This document shows positions 61,248 to 63,980 of a stretch of 63,980 bases of DNA, piece after piece. The notes below the pieces were generated by a model that was given only the letters and a program-made list of their open reading frames with translations, was not told the origin of the DNA and did not search any database. This DNA comes from Octopus bimaculoides. Its lineage: Eukaryota. The position numbers and the translations under genes were made by a program. Location of the stretch: assembly GCF_001194135.2 (NCBI RefSeq), contig NC_068987.1:12220929-12284908 (forward strand), given 5' to 3'. Positions within the stretch are counted from its first letter, which is position 1. Every line of letters begins with the position of its first letter.

Positions 61248-62394
61248 ATATGTATATATGTATATATGCTGCAAATATTGCAGAGGTGTGCCATGTAACT
61301 TAACGCCTACTTAAATTTGTCTCTTGTGTTTATGTTGTTGAATGTTATGACTGGTTGTATTTGATGTCTTCTGGTGTTAATAGTAAGAAAGAAAATATTG
61401 GGTTTAGTAGGAATTACTTCAAGTTTGTTATTGTTCTTTAGCCATATTCTAGAAAATTAAAGCTGAGTTGTAGACATCAGTCTGCAGCTATTTAGTTTAT
61501 GTATTTCCCGTTTTTTTATTTATTTTTTTTAAATATTTTTAGACTCTGGTAAAAGAAAGGGGTTAGGTAGATGCCACATATCTTGAATTCTGTGTTCCTA
61601 TCTTTTTTATGTTATGTTTGGTGAGTGACCTTGAAAAAGTATTTGATTACATGACTTACAACGAGAACAGTATATTACTTGAAGTTGTTATTGTGATATG
61701 TGGTGTGGCCATTAATAGATTTATTAATCTAAAGCGGCGAACTGGTAAAACCATTAGCGGTTCGGCAAAAAGAGACCTATAGAATAAGTGCTAGGCTTAC
61801 AAAGAATAAGTCCCGGGGGCGATTTTCTCGACTAAAGGTGGTGCTCCAGCATGGCCACAGTCAAATGACTGAAACACGTAAAAGAGCGTGCTAACAATTC
61901 TGTCAGCTCATTGTCTTCAGGAAAACATATATTGGCATCAGGAATGGTATTTGCTTGCAGAAAACTGCTTCATGAAAACTCATCCAACCCATGCTAGCAT
62001 GGAAAAAATGTGAACATAAAAAACAATGATGATGATTAAGACTATTTGGCATAATACAATAGATGTCCTCTAATCAGATGGGAACTCAAACAACCATTCA
62101 GAGTTGTTTACTCAAGGGAACAACTATTTACTAAAATAGCAATGTTTGGTCTCCTTAACACACAATTTCCAAATCTTTACAGTGAAATTACTTTTGAAAT
62201 GGAGAACTAATCAAAGTTTACTTTCAAACAAATAGTTTTTTTTTTTTTGCTAAACTGAAGAAAATGTTATTTCTGTCTCAGTGATAAATAACAAACAAGA
62301 TTTAATCAAATCCTATTAGTTCAGTAAAATATTGCTTTGAAATTAGAATATCACAGAGTTTGTGTTTTTTTCCAAATATATTTACTGCAACAAA

Positions 62395-62427
<33 letters not shown>

Positions 62428-62693
62428 NNNNNNNNNNNNNNNNNNNNNNNNNNNNNNNNNNNNNNNNNNNNNNNNNNNNNNNNNNNNNNNNNNNNNNNNN
62501 NNNNNNNNNNNNNNNNNNNNNNNNNNNNNNNNNNNNNNNNNNNNNNNNNNNNNNNNNNNNNNNNNNNNNNNNNNNNNNNNNNNNNNNNNNNNNNNNNNNN
62601 NNNNNNNNNNNNNNNNNNNNNNNNNNNNNNNNNNNNNNNNNNNNNNNNNNNNNNNNNNNNNNNNNNNNNNNNNNNNNNNNNNNNNNNNNNNNN

Positions 62694-62738
<45 letters not shown>

Positions 62739-62814
62739 ATATATATATGCTGTATCGCACAGAGGAGATGATAAAGGATTGTATACACACTCACATACAC
62801 ACGCATATATACAT

Positions 62815-62990
62815 AGACATGGCTCAGTGGTTAGAGCGTCAGGCTCACAATGATGAGGTTGTGAGTTTGATTCTCAGACCAGGCTGTGTGTTGTGTCCTT
62901 GAGCAAGACACTTTATTTCCTGTGGCTCCAGTTCACTCAGCTGTAGAAACGAGTTGTGATGTCACTGGTGCCTTATTGGCCTTTGCCCTT
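62815..62990 (+). mobile_element. tRNA-derived SINE family D (gtgtccttgagcaagacac domain); related minus-strand copies near 22140-22410, 30700-30900 and 36990-37230
   Basis: tggctcagtggttagagc A-box, gagtttgattc B-box, tgtgtccttgagcaagacacttt. Confidence 0.75.
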
Positions 62991-63729
62991 CCTTTGGATA
63001 AGCTACTTTAAACAACTAAGAAATAACCCAAAACATTTATGGCTTAAGAATTTTATTACGCATGTTAGAAAAATGAACCCTTCCCAGCGAGTAATAACTT
63101 TGTCTCAAGTGCAACTCCTTGAATTGAGGAATTTCTTCGAATGGTATTTTTATGTGTTTTGGCTTAGAAGTGTAAGGGAGTTCCCGTGCAGTGTGGTTGG
63201 TCTGTTTTTTTTCTTTGTTTTCTTTTGCATTTTAGTCATTTGCTTCTTATTTTTATTGTATTTTGTTTACAGGTAATGATTTTCGTGTGGGTCACATTAA
63301 ACAATGCATGAACGTGTGGGCGTTGGTAGATCGATGCTGTATCTAATTTTACGACAAGTAAAAAATGACAATAATCTAAATATTTCAGTCAGTTGAATGG
63401 GTGTGGTGTCCATACAAGAGGCATATATAAATGTTTTGTCACTGAAATATGCAGAAAATAACTTATTTATCATAGTACAAACCTGCTATCTTAAAGATTG
63501 TGTATTTGGTATGGACATTGTGTTTCTGCTACAGTGATAAATTAGTGTATTGTATGGCCTTGCATATGTGTGCGTTATGTGTATCTGTCTGTATTATATA
63601 TGTGTATATATATGAATATAGATTTGGTGAAACAAACAAGAAAATAGAAAACAGAACATAATCATACATAAGTACCAATGCACAAAGCAGTAGTCCGTTG
63701 AGTCACTCTGTAACTTCATATATATATAT

Positions 63730-63980
63730 CATCATCATCATCATCATCATCATCGTTTAACGTCCGCTTTCCATGCTAGCATGGGTTGGACGATTTGATT
63801 GAGGACTGGTGAAACCGGATGGCAACACCAGGCTCCAGTCTGATTTGGCAGAGTTTCTACAGCTGGATGCCCTTCCTAACGCCAACCACTCAGAGAGTGT
63901 AGTGGGTGCTTTTACGTGTCACCCGCACGAAAACGGCCACGCTCGAAATGGTGTCTTTTATGTGCCACCCGCACAAGCCA
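63730..63980 (-). mobile_element. RTE-type 3' end running off the window
   Basis: (cat)n cgtttaacgtccgctttccatgctagcatgggttgg... Confidence 0.85.

Overview
AT-rich, gap-containing eukaryotic genomic scaffold, most likely a cephalopod (Octopus-type SINEs, RTE 3' ends and dense TA/CA/ATG microsatellites; species is inferred). The window lies inside one minus-strand gene. I reconstructed 13 phase-compatible GT-AG exons (59453 down to 3936, 1318 coding nt, about 439 aa) encoding the post-EF-hand, coiled-coil and linker region of a CRACR2A/EFCAB4B (Rab46/Rab44/RASEF-class) protein. The EF-hand exons and the expected Rab GTPase exons are not visible in the window. The introns contain at least four tRNA-derived SINE families, 5'-truncated RTE LINEs, piggyBac-, Tc1/mariner-, hAT- and Helentron-type non-autonomous elements, and microsatellites. 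Most ORFs in the supplied track are microsatellite or N-gap artefacts. The most unusual items are (1) a 5.8S rRNA-SINE chimera bounded by one 18-bp target-site duplication, (2) a fold-back mariner built from two left ends, (3) a GC-rich, stop-free ORF fragment inserted into a SINE head, and (4) a 17-bp SINE segment amplified independently in two copies. Repeat boundaries are approximate. Exon boundaries were read from the splice sites.
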